Origin: Eubacteriales bacterium
Lineage (GTDB): Bacteria; Bacillota; Clostridia; Oscillospirales; QAKW01
Length of the DNA: 64,000 bases
Direction: 5' to 3'
NCBI GenBank assembly: GCA_045657265.1
Contig: JAZOSU010000010.1
Location: forward strand, 3,706-67,705
Below the pieces are notes generated by a model. The model was given only the letters and a program-made list of their open reading frames with translations. It searched no databases and was not told the DNA's origin. The first letter of the stretch is position 1, and the number at the start of each line of letters is the position of its first letter. The translations under genes and the position numbers were made by a program. This document shows, in pieces, positions 45,224 through 56,294 of this stretch.

Positions 45224-47311
45224 ATGGGTATACCTGAGCTTTTCGGCGCTAAAGTGTTTAACGATAAAGAAATGCGTAAAAGATTGTCTGATGAAATTTA
45301 TGAATCGTTGAACAATACTATCGAACAGCACAAGGAATTAGATATCAAAATCGCTAACGAAGTCGCAAATGCAATGAAAGAATGGGCCATTGAAAACGGT
45401 GCTACTCATTATACACATTGGTTTCAGCCTATGACGGGGATTTCTGCCGAAAAACATGACGGCTTTATTTCTCCGACTGCAGATGGTTCTGTAATTATGG
45501 AATTCAGCGGCAAAGAACTTATTAAAGGTGAGGCGGATGCTTCAAGTTTTCCGTCAGGCGGTATCAGAGCAACCTTTGAAGCAAGAGGTTATACTGCGTG
45601 GGATCCTACCTCGTACGCTTTTATAAAGGACGATTCTCTTTGTATTCCTACGGTGTTTTGTTCTTATACCGGAGAAATGCTTGATGAGAAAACACCACTT
45701 CTTAAATCTGTTGAACTTATAAATAATGAGTCTTTACGCTTACTTAGATTATTTGGTGACACTGAAACTTTACGCGTAATTCCAACGGTTGGTGCAGAAC
45801 AAGAATATTTTCTTATTGACAAAAATCTTTATGACAAACGAAAAGACCTGATTTTTACAGGCAGAACTTTATTTGGTGCTCCTGCACCTAAAGGTCAGGA
45901 ACTTGAAGATCATTATTACGGTGTTATTAAACCCCGCGTAAAAGCTTATATGAAAGAACTTGATGAAGAGCTTTGGAAACTTGGTGTTTATGCTAAAACC
46001 GAACATAATGAAGTTGCACCTGCTCAGCACGAATTAGCTCCGGTTTTTTGTACTACAAATATTGCCACAGATCATAATCAGCTTACAATGGAACTTATGA
46101 AAAAAGTTGCTTTAAGACACGGACTTGTTTGTTTACTTCACGAAAAGCCTTTTAAATTCGTAAACGGTAGCGGTAAGCATAATAACTGGTCTTTGTCTAC
46201 AGATACGGGTATTAATCTTTTTAAACCCGGCAAAAAGCCTTATGAAAACAAGCTGTTTTTAACTTTTCTTGCTGCAGTTGTCAGAGCGGTTGATGAACAT
46301 CAGGATTTGCTTCGTTTTTCTGTTGCGAGTGCGGGTAACGATCATAGACTTGGTGGTGATGAAGCTCCGCCGTCTATTATTTCGATTTATCTTGGACAGT
46401 ATCTTGAAGAAATAATCAATTGTATAATCAAAGGCATATCTTTTGAAGGTTTAAGCGTTTCTAAAATGCATACAGGTCTTGACGTTTTGCCGGATTTCAA
46501 AGTTGATACATCTGACAGAAACAGAACTTCTCCGTTTGCTTTTACAGGAAATAAATTTGAATTCAGAATGGTTGGCTCTTCAATGTCGATTTCGTCAGCT
46601 AACGTGGTGCTTAACACTATAACTGCAGATGTTATCGGTGATTTTGTGAGCAGATTAGAAAATGCTGATGATTTTGATTCTGAACTTGATAAACTTCTCA
46701 AAGATACGTTTACTAAACATAGCAGAATAATTTTCAGCGGAAACAATTATTCTCAGGACTGGGTTGAGGAAGCTGGCAAACGTGGCTTACTTAACTTACC
46801 ATCAACAGTAGATGTTTTGCCTTATTTTTCATCTGATAAAAACATTGAGTTATTTAAAAAGCACAATTTGTTCAGCGCTGTTGAAGTTAATGCGAGAAGC
46901 GAAATTGCTTATGAAAACTATACAAAAACAGTCAATATTGAAGCTCATACTGCTCTTGAAATGGCGAGAAAAGAAATTTTACCCGCTGTATTCGAATACT
47001 GTGGTAAACTTTCGCAAAATATTTATTTTAAGAATAAAATCGGCATAGGTGATTGTAAAGATGCATCAAATGTTGTTGTGGAAAAAATCAACTCACTTTC
47101 TAACGAATTTTATTTAAAAATTGAATCTCTTGAAAATGATTTGAACAACGCACCTTGTATTTCTGATGCTGTTAAATGCGCTGAATATTATGCACATATA
47201 ATAATTCCTGATATGGACAAGCTCAGGGAGGTTTCTGATATTCTTGAAACTATGATACCGTCAGAAAATTGGCCGTTTCCGACTTATTCAGATCTTCTTT
47301 TTAACGTTTAA
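45224..47311 (+). CDS. glnA: Glutamine synthetase type III
   Basis: About 695 aa; GATHYTHWFQP, DASSFPSGG.RATFEARGYTAWD, HNEVAPAQHE, NGSGKHNNWS, DRNRTSPFAFTGNKFEFR, WPFPTY. ATG at 45224 follows GGAGG. Confidence 0.95.
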   Translation: MGIPELFGAKVFNDKEMRKRLSDEIYESLNNTIEQHKELDIKIANEVANAMKEWAIENGATHYTHWFQPMTGISAEKHDGFISPTADGSVIMEFSGKELIKGEADASSFPSGGIRATFEARGYTAWDPTSYAFIKDDSLCIPTVFCSYTGEMLDEKTPLLKSVELINNESLRLLRLFGDTETLRVIPTVGAEQEYFLIDKNLYDKRKDLIFTGRTLFGAPAPKGQELEDHYYGVIKPRVKAYMKELDEELWKLGVYAKTEHNEVAPAQHELAPVFCTTNIATDHNQLTMELMKKVALRHGLVCLLHEKPFKFVNGSGKHNNWSLSTDTGINLFKPGKKPYENKLFLTFLAAVVRAVDEHQDLLRFSVASAGNDHRLGGDEAPPSIISIYLGQYLEEIINCIIKGISFEGLSVSKMHTGLDVLPDFKVDTSDRNRTSPFAFTGNKFEFRMVGSSMSISSANVVLNTITADVIGDFVSRLENADDFDSELDKLLKDTFTKHSRIIFSGNNYSQDWVEEAGKRGLLNLPSTVDVLPYFSSDKNIELFKKHNLFSAVEVNARSEIAYENYTKTVNIEAHTALEMARKEILPAVFEYCGKLSQNIYFKNKIGIGDCKDASNVVVEKINSLSNEFYLKIESLENDLNNAPCISDAVKCAEYYAHIIIPDMDKLREVSDILETMIPSENWPFPTYSDLLFNV

Positions 47312-47324
47312 TATCTGTTTAATC

Positions 47325-47366
47325 AGAGCCAAAAATGAATTATATTCATTTTTGGCTCTTTTATTT
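47325..47366 (+). terminator. Intrinsic terminator after glnA
   Basis: Perfect 16-bp stem AGAGCCAAAAATGAAT / ATTCATTTTTGGCTCT followed by TTTATTT. Confidence 0.88.
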
Positions 47367-47376
47367 ATATATATTA

Positions 47377-47405
47377 TTGACAAATATTAATATTAGTTAT
47401 ATTAT
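47377..47405 (+). promoter_or_regulatory. sigma-A promoter of the yloC-gmk-rpoZ-priA...prkC operon
   Basis: TTGACA at 47377-47382, N17, TATTAT at 47400-47405. Confidence 0.75.
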
Positions 47406-47436
47406 ATATATTAATTTGAAAAATAGGAGTGTAAGT

Positions 47437-48321
47437 ATGTCAGTAAAAAGTATGACCGGATATGGCAGGGCAGTTAAATCTTTTGATGGAAGAGATATTT
47501 CTATTGATATAAAATCTGTTAACCATAGATATTTTGATTTTAATTCTAAAATTTCTAAAGATTACTTTTTTCTTGAAGATAAAATTAAATCTAAAATCAA
47601 TGAACATATCGTAAGAGGTAAAGTTGATTTTTATCTCTATATTGATTCAGACAAACAGGCAGGGTATGAAGTTGTTATTAATGAACAACTTGCTAAAGGA
47701 TATAGTGATGCGTTTAAACTTCTGAGTAAAAAATTCAAAGTAAAAAACGATTTGTCTGCAACATTCTTTTCGAGAGTTTCTGACGTTATAAAGCTTAAAA
47801 AAGCTGAGATAGATGAAGGGGAACTTACGCAACAGGTTATGGAAGTTTTGGACGAAGCTATCTTATCGTTTAATCAGATGCGTACTATCGAAGGCAACAA
47901 GCTTTGCGAATATATTTTTGAGAATCTCGATATCATTCTTAAAACTGTATCCGAAATTGAAAGTTTAGCTCCTGAATCTATTGAAAAATATAAAATTCGG
48001 CTTAAAGCAAAACTTGATGAAGCTTTGGAAGGTAGAGAATATGACGAACAGAGAGTTATTACAGAAACCGCTATTTTTGCTGACAAAATTGATGTTGGTG
48101 AAGAAATGGTACGTCTGAGAAGTCATATTTCTCAGTTTAGAGATTTACTTAATTCAAACGGTGTTGCTGTTGGCAAGAAACTTGATTTTATTGTTCAGGA
48201 AATGAACAGGGAAATAAACACTATCGGCTCTAAATGTAACAGCATTGAAATCACTCAGAGAGTTGTTGATACTAAATCTGTTATTGAAAAAATAAGAGAA
48301 CAGATTCAGAATATAGAATAG
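47437..48321 (+). CDS. yloC: YicC/YloC family endoribonuclease
   Basis: [64 protein letters not shown] at 47437 follows AGGAG. Confidence 0.94.
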   Translation: MSVKSMTGYGRAVKSFDGRDISIDIKSVNHRYFDFNSKISKDYFFLEDKIKSKINEHIVRGKVDFYLYIDSDKQAGYEVVINEQLAKGYSDAFKLLSKKFKVKNDLSATFFSRVSDVIKLKKAEIDEGELTQQVMEVLDEAILSFNQMRTIEGNKLCEYIFENLDIILKTVSEIESLAPESIEKYKIRLKAKLDEALEGREYDEQRVITETAIFADKIDVGEEMVRLRSHISQFRDLLNSNGVAVGKKLDFIVQEMNREINTIGSKCNSIEITQRVVDTKSVIEKIREQIQNIE

Positions 48322-48331
48322 AGGCTATCTT

Positions 48332-48595
48332 ATGAAACTTATAAATATAGGATTCGGTAATATGGTCAGCGCATCAAGAGTTATTGCAATAATAAGTCCG
48401 GAAAGCGCGCCTGTTAAAAGAATTATACAGGAAGCAAGAGATAACAGGGTTTTGGTTGATGCTACTTACGGAAGAAGAACGAGAGCAGTTATAATAACAG
48501 ACAGTGACCATGTTATTCTTTCTTCTTTACAACCCGAAACTGTAGCAAACAGACTTAATGACAGTTATGACGATGAGGATTTAGAAGATGAATAA
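48332..48595 (+). CDS. remA: RemA/YlzA (DUF370) family regulator
   Basis: [23 protein letters not shown]...[11 protein letters not shown]...LSSLQPET. Confidence 0.92.
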   Translation: MKLINIGFGNMVSASRVIAIISPESAPVKRIIQEARDNRVLVDATYGRRTRAVIITDSDHVILSSLQPETVANRLNDSYDDEDLEDE

Positions 48596-49163
48596 AGGTT
48601 TACTGGTTGTTGTTTCGGGTCCTTCGGGCGTAGGTAAAGGGACAGTTCTTGCTGAAATCTTCAAGCACGATTCTAACTTGGTTTATTCTGTTTCTTGTAC
48701 TACAAGACATCCAAGACCCGGAGAAATTGATGGTATTCAATATTTTTTTCTTACTAAGGAAGAGTTTGAAGATAATATTGCTAATGGAAAAATGCTTGAA
48801 TATGCAAAGTACTGTGATAATTATTATGGTACAAAAGCTGAATATGTTGAAACGCAGAGAAACTCAGGTTTTGATGTGATATTGGAAATTGACACGCAAG
48901 GTGCTTTGCAAATTATGAAAATGTGTCCGGATGCTGTAACAATTTTTATAGCTCCGCCGTCATTTGATAAATTGAAATCAAGACTTGAAGGCAGAGGAAC
49001 CGAAGAGTCTGATATAATTCAGAAACGAGTAGATGCTGCTCGTGAAGAATTATCGCGTTCTGAAAGTTATCAGTACATAGTTGTTAATGATGATTTGATA
49101 GATGCGGTTGAAGAAATTAAGGCTATTTTAAAAGCTGAAAGAATTAAAAATTATAGTAAATAA
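48588..49163 (+). CDS. gmk: Guanylate kinase
   Basis: [35 protein letters not shown]. Confidence 0.97.
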   Translation: MNKGLLVVVSGPSGVGKGTVLAEIFKHDSNLVYSVSCTTRHPRPGEIDGIQYFFLTKEEFEDNIANGKMLEYAKYCDNYYGTKAEYVETQRNSGFDVILEIDTQGALQIMKMCPDAVTIFIAPPSFDKLKSRLEGRGTEESDIIQKRVDAAREELSRSESYQYIVVNDDLIDAVEEIKAILKAERIKNYSK

Positions 49164-49190
49164 TAAAATAAATTTTAGAGGTGCATAAAA

Positions 49191-49415
49191 ATGATGTTAT
49201 ATCCCCCAATAAGCGAACTTGAAAACGTTACAAAAAGCAGATACGCTCTTGTTATTGTTACTGCTAAAAGAGCAAGACAATTACTTGAACTGTCTGAAAA
49301 TAACAAAGTTGAACTTACAGATAAACCTGTAAAACTTGCCATTGACGATATTGCAAATGGTAAAGTCAAATGTAAAGAAATCGATATTGAATCTGTTGAG
49401 GAAATAGCTGAGTAA
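49191..49415 (+). CDS. rpoZ: RNA polymerase omega subunit
   Basis: MLYPPI..L....SRYALV...AKRARQL...KPV..A..I; located after gmk. Confidence 0.93.
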   Translation: MMLYPPISELENVTKSRYALVIVTAKRARQLLELSENNKVELTDKPVKLAIDDIANGKVKCKEIDIESVEEIAE

Positions 49416-49416
49416 T

Positions 49417-51834
49417 ATGGCACTGTGCGTAAAGGTAGTAATTGATGATATAGTCAATAAAATTGACAAATTATATGATTACTATGTTCCACAGGAACTT
49501 GATGTTGATGTTCAGGTTGGAATAAGGGTAGTTGTTCCTTTTTCAAGATCAAATATGCGAAAAAATGCATTTGTTATTGAAATGTATTCTTCTGAGGAGA
49601 TTTCGGGACTTAAGCCTGTGATTTCAATTGTTGATCAAAAACCATTGATTAATGAATGTCAAATTAAAATATTAAAGCTACTCAAAAACAGATATTTTAT
49701 CACTTATTATCGTGCGCTTAAATCAATAGTACCAAGAGGTATAGATGTTGTATCAAAAGAAAAGTTTCTTTTAGATGATAGTGTTTGTGTTACCCATCCT
49801 GAATTTTATTCTTTTTTTAAAAAAACAAAGGGTGAGTTCAGTGTATCTGAGCTTGATTCGGAACAATTAAAAATTTTTAATAGTTTAACCGATGACGGTC
49901 GTATCAGTAAAGAAATAGTTACTAAACAAAAAATTTCGGATAAAACAGAGAAAAAGTTAGTTGTTAATCTTTTACATGGTGAAATAGAAGATGTAATTTC
50001 AAAACTTGAAAAAAGATTTTCAAAACAACAGGATTTGTTGTCTGTTTTTCTTGACTATAAAGAACTTTCTTTGAAAGATGCTCTTTACTACAGCGGTTGC
50101 AGCGAAAGTACAGTGAATACTCTTGTGAAAAAAGGTATTATTGAAATTGTCAACGAGAAGGTAAGTCGAAATCCGTATAAGGATATCGAAAAAAGATTTG
50201 ATATTACTCAGATTAATCTTAGCAGTGAACAAACTGTTGTTTATGAAAACATCTGTAAACAACTTGATGAGTATAAAACACACTTGGTTCACGGTGTAAC
50301 AGGTAGCGGAAAAACACTTTTGTACATTTCCATCCTTGATAAAATTATCAAGCAAGGTAAATCTGCGATTTTTATGGTTCCTGAAATTTCATTAACTCCG
50401 CAGATGCTTGAAAGATTTTACACTCGTTATGGAGAAATGGTTGCTGTAATTCACAGTGGTCTTACTCCAGGGGAGCGTACTGACGAATGGAAAAAAATTA
50501 AAGACAGTAAACAAAGTGTTGTTGTTGGAACACGAAGTGCTGTGTTTTCTCCGATAAATAATTTAGGTATTATTATCATTGACGAAGAACACGAATCGAG
50601 TTATAAATCCGAAAGTACACCTAAATATCACGCAAGAGATATATCAAAATATATTTGTAAAATCAATAATATTCCTTTAATTCTTGGTTCTGCGACGCCT
50701 TCGATAGAAAGTTTCTATTATGCCCAAAAAGGAATATACAACTATAATCTGCTAAGTAAACGTTTTAACAATAATCCTCTGCCAATGGCTGAGATTGTTG
50801 ATATGAAAACATCTTTTACTGAATGTGAACAATCGTTTCTTAGTGATAGATTAGCTGAAGAAATAGAAATTAATTTAAAAAATAAAGAACAAACAATTTT
50901 GTTCCTTAACAGAAGAGGCGCTAACACTCTTGTGGGATGCAGAAGTTGTGGTTATGTTGAAAAATGTCCTAATTGCGGAATTGCTTTAACGTATCATTCT
51001 GCAAATGGCAGATGTATGTGCCATTATTGTGGCTACAACATTAAAATGTTTGAAAAATGCCCGTCTTGTTCAAGTGAACATATAAAGCGTCTTGGAGTGG
51101 GTACACAGCTTGTTTGTTCTGAACTTAGTGAAAAGTTTCCTGATGCTAAGATATTAAGAATGGATTTCGATACCGTTGGATCATACGTTGAATACGGTAC
51201 AAAATTAAGTTCTTTTAAAAACGGTGATTACGATATAATGCTCGGAACGCAGATGGTTGCAAAAGGGCTTGATTTTCCAAATGTAACTTTAGTTGGTGTT
51301 CTTAATGCTGATCTTTCTTTATACGTTGAAGATTTCAGAGCAAATGAAAGAACTTTTTCGCTTCTGACTCAGGTTTGCGGAAGATCAGGCAGAGCAGGCA
51401 AAGAAGGAAGAGCTTTGATTCAAACTTATTCTTCTGATTCTGAAATAATAAGATATGCCAAGGAACAGGATTACAACAGATATTTTGATTTTGAAATCAC
51501 GTTCAGAAAAGCAATGAACTATCCGCCATTTTGCGATTTGGTCCAATTTACTGTTTCTTCTTTCAGCGAAAGTAAAGCGTATAAAGACGTTATGGAATTA
51601 TATAAATATATAGATAACGAATGTAAAAATACTTATTCGGATATTCCTGTTCGTCTTTTGCATCCTGTTGCTCCGAAAATTGCAAAATTTAATAAAAAAT
51701 ACAGATATAATCTTACGATTAAAACCAAAATTTCAAATAGGCTGTATGAATTTCTTAATGATATTTATGAACATTTTGATGTAAAAGATTTTTCTGATGT
51801 TTCTTTAAATATTAATCCAATGAACAATATATGA
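49417..51834 (+). CDS. priA: Primosomal protein N' (replication restart helicase)
   Basis: GVTGSGKT, VPEISLTPQ, DEEHE, GSATPS, two C4 zinc clusters, GTQMVAKGLDFP, QVCGRSGR. Confidence 0.96.
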   Translation: MALCVKVVIDDIVNKIDKLYDYYVPQELDVDVQVGIRVVVPFSRSNMRKNAFVIEMYSSEEISGLKPVISIVDQKPLINECQIKILKLLKNRYFITYYRALKSIVPRGIDVVSKEKFLLDDSVCVTHPEFYSFFKKTKGEFSVSELDSEQLKIFNSLTDDGRISKEIVTKQKISDKTEKKLVVNLLHGEIEDVISKLEKRFSKQQDLLSVFLDYKELSLKDALYYSGCSESTVNTLVKKGIIEIVNEKVSRNPYKDIEKRFDITQINLSSEQTVVYENICKQLDEYKTHLVHGVTGSGKTLLYISILDKIIKQGKSAIFMVPEISLTPQMLERFYTRYGEMVAVIHSGLTPGERTDEWKKIKDSKQSVVVGTRSAVFSPINNLGIIIIDEEHESSYKSESTPKYHARDISKYICKINNIPLILGSATPSIESFYYAQKGIYNYNLLSKRFNNNPLPMAEIVDMKTSFTECEQSFLSDRLAEEIEINLKNKEQTILFLNRRGANTLVGCRSCGYVEKCPNCGIALTYHSANGRCMCHYCGYNIKMFEKCPSCSSEHIKRLGVGTQLVCSELSEKFPDAKILRMDFDTVGSYVEYGTKLSSFKNGDYDIMLGTQMVAKGLDFPNVTLVGVLNADLSLYVEDFRANERTFSLLTQVCGRSGRAGKEGRALIQTYSSDSEIIRYAKEQDYNRYFDFEITFRKAMNYPPFCDLVQFTVSSFSESKAYKDVMELYKYIDNECKNTYSDIPVRLLHPVAPKIAKFNKKYRYNLTIKTKISNRLYEFLNDIYEHFDVKDFSDVSLNINPMNNI

Positions 51835-51841
51835 GGTTAAA

Positions 51842-52303
51842 ATGGCAATAAGAGAAATTGTTAAAAATAATCTTGATTTTTTATCAAAAAAATCAAGACC
51901 TGTTGAAAAAATTGATGAAAGAATCATTCAACTTGTTGAAGATATGAAAGATACACTTATAAAATCCGGCGGCGTTGGTCTTGCTGCACCGCAGGTTGGT
52001 GTACTTAAACGTATATTTATTGTTGATGTAGGTAATGACGAGCCTGAACTAATTGAATTTATTAATCCTAAAATTTTAAAACAAAAAGGTAAAAACGATA
52101 AATATATTGAAGGTTGTCTTTCTTTTCCCGGAAGAAGCTTTAAAATCACAAGACCGCACAAAGTTACTTTAGAGGCACAAAATATAAAAGGTGAGTGGTT
52201 TACTATGGAGGCGGAAGATTTTATTGCAAGAGCATTTATGCATGAAAATGACCATCTTGATGGAATTACAATTCCACAAATCGGTAATGAGGTTTTTGAA
52301 TAA
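51842..52303 (+). CDS. def: Peptide deformylase
   Basis: GVGLAAPQVG, EGCLS, HENDHLDG. Confidence 0.97.
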   Translation: MAIREIVKNNLDFLSKKSRPVEKIDERIIQLVEDMKDTLIKSGGVGLAAPQVGVLKRIFIVDVGNDEPELIEFINPKILKQKGKNDKYIEGCLSFPGRSFKITRPHKVTLEAQNIKGEWFTMEAEDFIARAFMHENDHLDGITIPQIGNEVFE

Positions 52304-53250
52304 TGCAGATTAAAGACTTAAAAATTATTTTTATGGGAACACCTGATTTTGCATTGCCGTCATTAAAGGTTTTATATGAAACTTGCAATGTTTCTGCTGT
52401 GTTTTGTCAGCCTGATAAAGTTAATTCAAGAGGCAATAAAGTAATTTATGGACCAGTAAAAGAGTTTGCGCTTGAGAATAATATTCCGGTCTATCAGCCC
52501 GAAACATTTAAAAACGAATCCTGCCTTGAGCTTTTAAAAGAATTAGCTCCTGATATGATTGTTGTTGCGGCATATGGCAAAATATTACCGAAATACGTTC
52601 TTGATTATCCGAAATATGGCTGTATTAACATTCACGGTTCTATTTTACCAAAATACAGAGGTGCATCACCAATACAGGCAGCTATTCTTAACGGTGATAA
52701 AGAAACCGGAATAACCATTATGAAAATTTCTGAAGGTCTTGATTCCGGCGATATAATTTATGTTAAGAAAATTGATATAAAACAATACGAGACAACAGGT
52801 GAACTTTTTGACAGAATGAGCGTTCTCGGTTCTTGCTGTATATTGGAAGCTATTGAACTGATTATATCAGGCAAAGCAACATATACTAAACAAAACGATG
52901 CTGAAAGTTCTCACGTTTCAATGATTACCAAGGATAAAGGAAATCTTGATTTTACTAAATCTGCCAAAGAAACGCTTTATCTTATACACGGACTTAATCC
53001 TTGGCCCTCTGCTTTTGTAAATACAGTATATGGACCGCTTAAGATTCATCGTGCCATAGAAGGCGGAAATACAAACGAAAAGCCAGGTGTGGTTATAAGC
53101 ATTTCTAAAACGGGTATAGAAGTTGCCTGTGCAGACGGCAAGAGTGTAATTATAACAGAACTTCAAAAACCGGGTAAAAAGAAAACAGATGCGTTTTCTT
53201 TCTCGCTTGGTACAAAAATTGATGCGGGAACTCTTTTGTCTGATATTTAG
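52303..53250 (+). CDS. fmt: Methionyl-tRNA formyltransferase
   Basis: IIFMGTPDFA, VAAYGKILP, NIHGSILPKYRGASP, LDSGD, GLNPWP; def-fmt order. Confidence 0.96.
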   Translation: MQIKDLKIIFMGTPDFALPSLKVLYETCNVSAVFCQPDKVNSRGNKVIYGPVKEFALENNIPVYQPETFKNESCLELLKELAPDMIVVAAYGKILPKYVLDYPKYGCINIHGSILPKYRGASPIQAAILNGDKETGITIMKISEGLDSGDIIYVKKIDIKQYETTGELFDRMSVLGSCCILEAIELIISGKATYTKQNDAESSHVSMITKDKGNLDFTKSAKETLYLIHGLNPWPSAFVNTVYGPLKIHRAIEGGNTNEKPGVVISISKTGIEVACADGKSVIITELQKPGKKKTDAFSFSLGTKIDAGTLLSDI

Positions 53251-53258
53251 GAGAAAAT

Positions 53259-53939
53259 ATGTTTTATTATGATTATCAATCACTTGTAATTTTGTTTCCT
53301 TTAATGATTTTTTCTTTTATCATTCAAGGAATTATGAACTCAACTTATACCAAATATTCTAAAATTAACAATTCAAAAAACATTACAGGCGCACAAATTT
53401 CAAGAATGATACTTGAATCTGCAGGGATAAACAATGTTTCTGTTGAACTTGTAAGCGGAAGACTCAGCGACCATTTTGATCCCACTAAAAACGTTATACG
53501 TTTGTCTAACGATGTTTATAACGGCACTTCTGTATCAGCGATTGGTGTTGCGGCACACGAAACAGGCCACGCTTTGCAATACGCTAACGGCTATGTTCCT
53601 ATGAAAATTCGTTCCGCTGTTGTAGGTATTACAAATTTTAGTTCAAAACTTTTATATATTCTTATGATTTTGAGTATAATCATTGCAGTGCCTGTGATTT
53701 GCGATATAGCGGTGCTTTGTTTTGCTGTTCTTTTCTTTTTTCAACTTATTACTTTGCCTGTTGAATTTAATGCAAGTACCAAAGCAATAACTCAGATTAC
53801 AAAATTCGGATATACAGATAAAGACCTTTCGGGTGTTAAAAAAGTATTATTTGCCGCTGCTATGACCTATTTTGCGGCAATGCTTTATTCTTTAGGACAG
53901 TTAATTACATTCTTTATGAGGACACGAAACAGAAGATGA
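53259..53939 (+). CDS. YugP-family membrane zinc metallopeptidase
   Basis: LSDHFDP, AAHETGHALQ (HExxH), TLPVEFNAS, AAAMTY. Confidence 0.9.
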   Translation: MFYYDYQSLVILFPLMIFSFIIQGIMNSTYTKYSKINNSKNITGAQISRMILESAGINNVSVELVSGRLSDHFDPTKNVIRLSNDVYNGTSVSAIGVAAHETGHALQYANGYVPMKIRSAVVGITNFSSKLLYILMILSIIIAVPVICDIAVLCFAVLFFFQLITLPVEFNASTKAITQITKFGYTDKDLSGVKKVLFAAAMTYFAAMLYSLGQLITFFMRTRNRR

Positions 53940-55240
53940 AGATTGATGCAAGAAAATCAGTTCTTGATGCTTTAATTGAATACGAAAGAAACAGTACGTT
54001 TACAAATCTTGCACTCAAAAAATATTTGCGTGATGTCTTTGATGAACGTGATAAAAAGTTTATATCAGCTTTGTTTTACGGTGTTGTAGAAACAAAACTT
54101 TTACTTGATTACTATATATCTAAAGTATCAAGTGTTAAGCTTAAAAAAATAAATTTGGTTGTACTGAATATTTTGCGTATGGGGTTATATCAGATAATGT
54201 TTTTATCTGTGCCGAAAAGTGCAGCTTGCAATACGTCAGTTGAACTTGCTAAAAACAACGGACAGTATAAAAGTTCTGGTTTTGTTAATGCAATTCTCAG
54301 AAAATTAGCTGATAATTACGATAATATAAGTTTGCCAAATGAAAACACAAAAGAATATCTGTCTGTTAAATATTCTATTTCTGAAAAAAATCTTAATGTT
54401 TTGATTGACACTTTTGGTAAACAAGGCTTTATTGATTTCATGGAATCTGGCAAAGATATTCAGGATTCTGTTTACGCTGCAGTTAATCTTAAGAGAACAA
54501 CAGCTGATGATTTGATTAAAAACTTTGAAAAAGAAAAAATATCAGCCTCTAAAACTAATTTAGAAGGTTTGATTAAAATCAATAGTTCAATTAATGTTGA
54601 AAATTCCGACTCATATAAACAAGGATTGTTTCACGTCATTGGTTTTCCATCTTTTATAACTGCAATGAATGCAAAGCTCAATGATGGTGATATTGCTTTT
54701 GATATGTGTTCTGCTCCAGGTGGAAAAACTTTTGTTATGTCGTATAATTGTGATGATTCTTCAAAAATTTTCGCTTTTGATTTACACGAACATAAAATAA
54801 ACAATATGATTGATAGTTGTAAAAGACTTGGCATAAAAAATGTTTTTCCGAAAACTATGGATTCATCAGTTTTAAATAGCGAACTTTCTGAAAAAGCAGA
54901 TGTGATTTTATGTGATGTTCCTTGCAGTGGTCTTGGCATGATATTTAAAAAACCAGATATTAAATATAAAGAAGTTGATTTCGATTCGTTAACATCTGTT
55001 CAATATAAGATTCTCTCAAATGCTTCTGTATATTTAAAAAAAGGCGGAAGATTAATTTATTCAACTTGTACTGTAAATAAAAATGAAAACAATGTTATTA
55101 TAAATAAATTCCTTGAAAATAATAGAGATTTTTCTTTGGCTGATAGTGAAATTTATAATAATTTTTCTGGCGAGGCTCTATTTATGCCAAATCAGGATTT
55201 CAGTGATGGATTCTTTGTCGCTGTACTTTATAAAAATTAA
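53936..55240 (+). CDS. rsmB: 16S rRNA m5C967 methyltransferase RsmB/Sun
   Basis: NusB-like N-terminal domain (GFVNAILR), DMCSAPGGKT, DVPCSGLG, YSTCT, DGFFVA. Confidence 0.94.
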   Translation: MKIDARKSVLDALIEYERNSTFTNLALKKYLRDVFDERDKKFISALFYGVVETKLLLDYYISKVSSVKLKKINLVVLNILRMGLYQIMFLSVPKSAACNTSVELAKNNGQYKSSGFVNAILRKLADNYDNISLPNENTKEYLSVKYSISEKNLNVLIDTFGKQGFIDFMESGKDIQDSVYAAVNLKRTTADDLIKNFEKEKISASKTNLEGLIKINSSINVENSDSYKQGLFHVIGFPSFITAMNAKLNDGDIAFDMCSAPGGKTFVMSYNCDDSSKIFAFDLHEHKINNMIDSCKRLGIKNVFPKTMDSSVLNSELSEKADVILCDVPCSGLGMIFKKPDIKYKEVDFDSLTSVQYKILSNASVYLKKGGRLIYSTCTVNKNENNVIINKFLENNRDFSLADSEIYNNFSGEALFMPNQDFSDGFFVAVLYKN

Positions 55241-55245
55241 CTGAG

Positions 55246-56292
55246 GTGTTTAAAATCAAACCGGATATTCGTTCATTTACATATTCTGAACTTGAAAATT
55301 TTATAATTAATCTTAATTTACCAAAATTTAGGTGTAAACAAATTTTCAAATGGCTCCATACAGGTGTTGAAAGCTTAGACGAGATGACAAATCTTTCTAA
55401 AGATCTCAGATTAAAACTTTCTGAGGTTTCTGATATTTATCCTGTTAAAGTTTATAAGAAATTTGTTTCAAAACTTGATGGTACCGTAAAGTTTTTATAT
55501 GAACTTTACGATGGAAACTATATTGAAACTGTTGTTATGAAATATAATCACGGTTATTCAATTTGTGTTTCAAGTCAGGTTGGCTGCCGAATGGGTTGCG
55601 AATTTTGTCAATCTACTAAATCGGGTCTGATTCGCTCATTATATCCCGGTGAAATTTTAGGACAGATTTTTACTGCTCAAAAAGAACTTGGGATAAGAAT
55701 TTCAAATATCGTTATGATGGGAATCGGTGAACCACTCGATAACTATGATAATGTTGTTAAATTTCTGGAACTCGTTAATCATCCGGAAGGAATTAATATT
55801 GGCTATAGACATATATCACTTTCAACTTGTGGTTTGTGCGAAAAAATAATAAAACTCGCAGATTTGAATTTACCGATTACGCTTTCAATTTCTCTTCATT
55901 CAGCTTTTGATGAGAAACGTACTAAGATGATGCCAATTAATAAGAAATACAATATAAGCCAACTTTTAGATGCTTGTAAAAGTTATCAAAGTAAGACGGG
56001 TCGACGTATTTCTTTTGAATATGCTTTGATTTCAGGTGTTAATGATACTGCTGAAGATGCAGAGATGTTAGTTAAAAATTTAAATGGAATTATGCATCAT
56101 ATTAATATTATTCCTGTTAACAAAATTGAAAATGGTGTATATTGTCCTCCTGATATTAAAGCTGTTGATAAATTTTGTAAGAAATTAAACACTCTTGGTT
56201 CTAATTCAACTGTAAGACGAACTTTAGGTTCGGATATTTCTGCTTCATGTGGGCAGCTAAGAAGTAAATATGATAAAGAAAGAGGTGAGTGA
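55246..56292 (+). CDS. rlmN: Dual-specificity 23S rRNA m2A2503/tRNA methyltransferase RlmN (start codon uncertain)
   Basis: CVSSQVGCRMGCEFC radical-SAM motif, MMGIGEP, ISLHS, SASCGQL. Confidence 0.95.
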   Translation: MFKIKPDIRSFTYSELENFIINLNLPKFRCKQIFKWLHTGVESLDEMTNLSKDLRLKLSEVSDIYPVKVYKKFVSKLDGTVKFLYELYDGNYIETVVMKYNHGYSICVSSQVGCRMGCEFCQSTKSGLIRSLYPGEILGQIFTAQKELGIRISNIVMMGIGEPLDNYDNVVKFLELVNHPEGINIGYRHISLSTCGLCEKIIKLADLNLPITLSISLHSAFDEKRTKMMPINKKYNISQLLDACKSYQSKTGRRISFEYALISGVNDTAEDAEMLVKNLNGIMHHINIIPVNKIENGVYCPPDIKAVDKFCKKLNTLGSNSTVRRTLGSDISASCGQLRSKYDKERGE

Positions 56293-56294
56293 GC

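Noticed and set aside
44237-47366. Genomic islet integrated at tRNA-Leu (formyltransferase plus glnA)
   Set aside because: No integrase, no duplicated tRNA 3' end near 47320 and no obvious composition change.
47335-47436. N-terminal extension of the YloC ORF given in the track (similar extensions at 38795, 44347, 59109, 61778)
   Set aside because: These extensions run through terminators, promoters or the upstream gene. Downstream starts match the family N-termini, and most have an SD.
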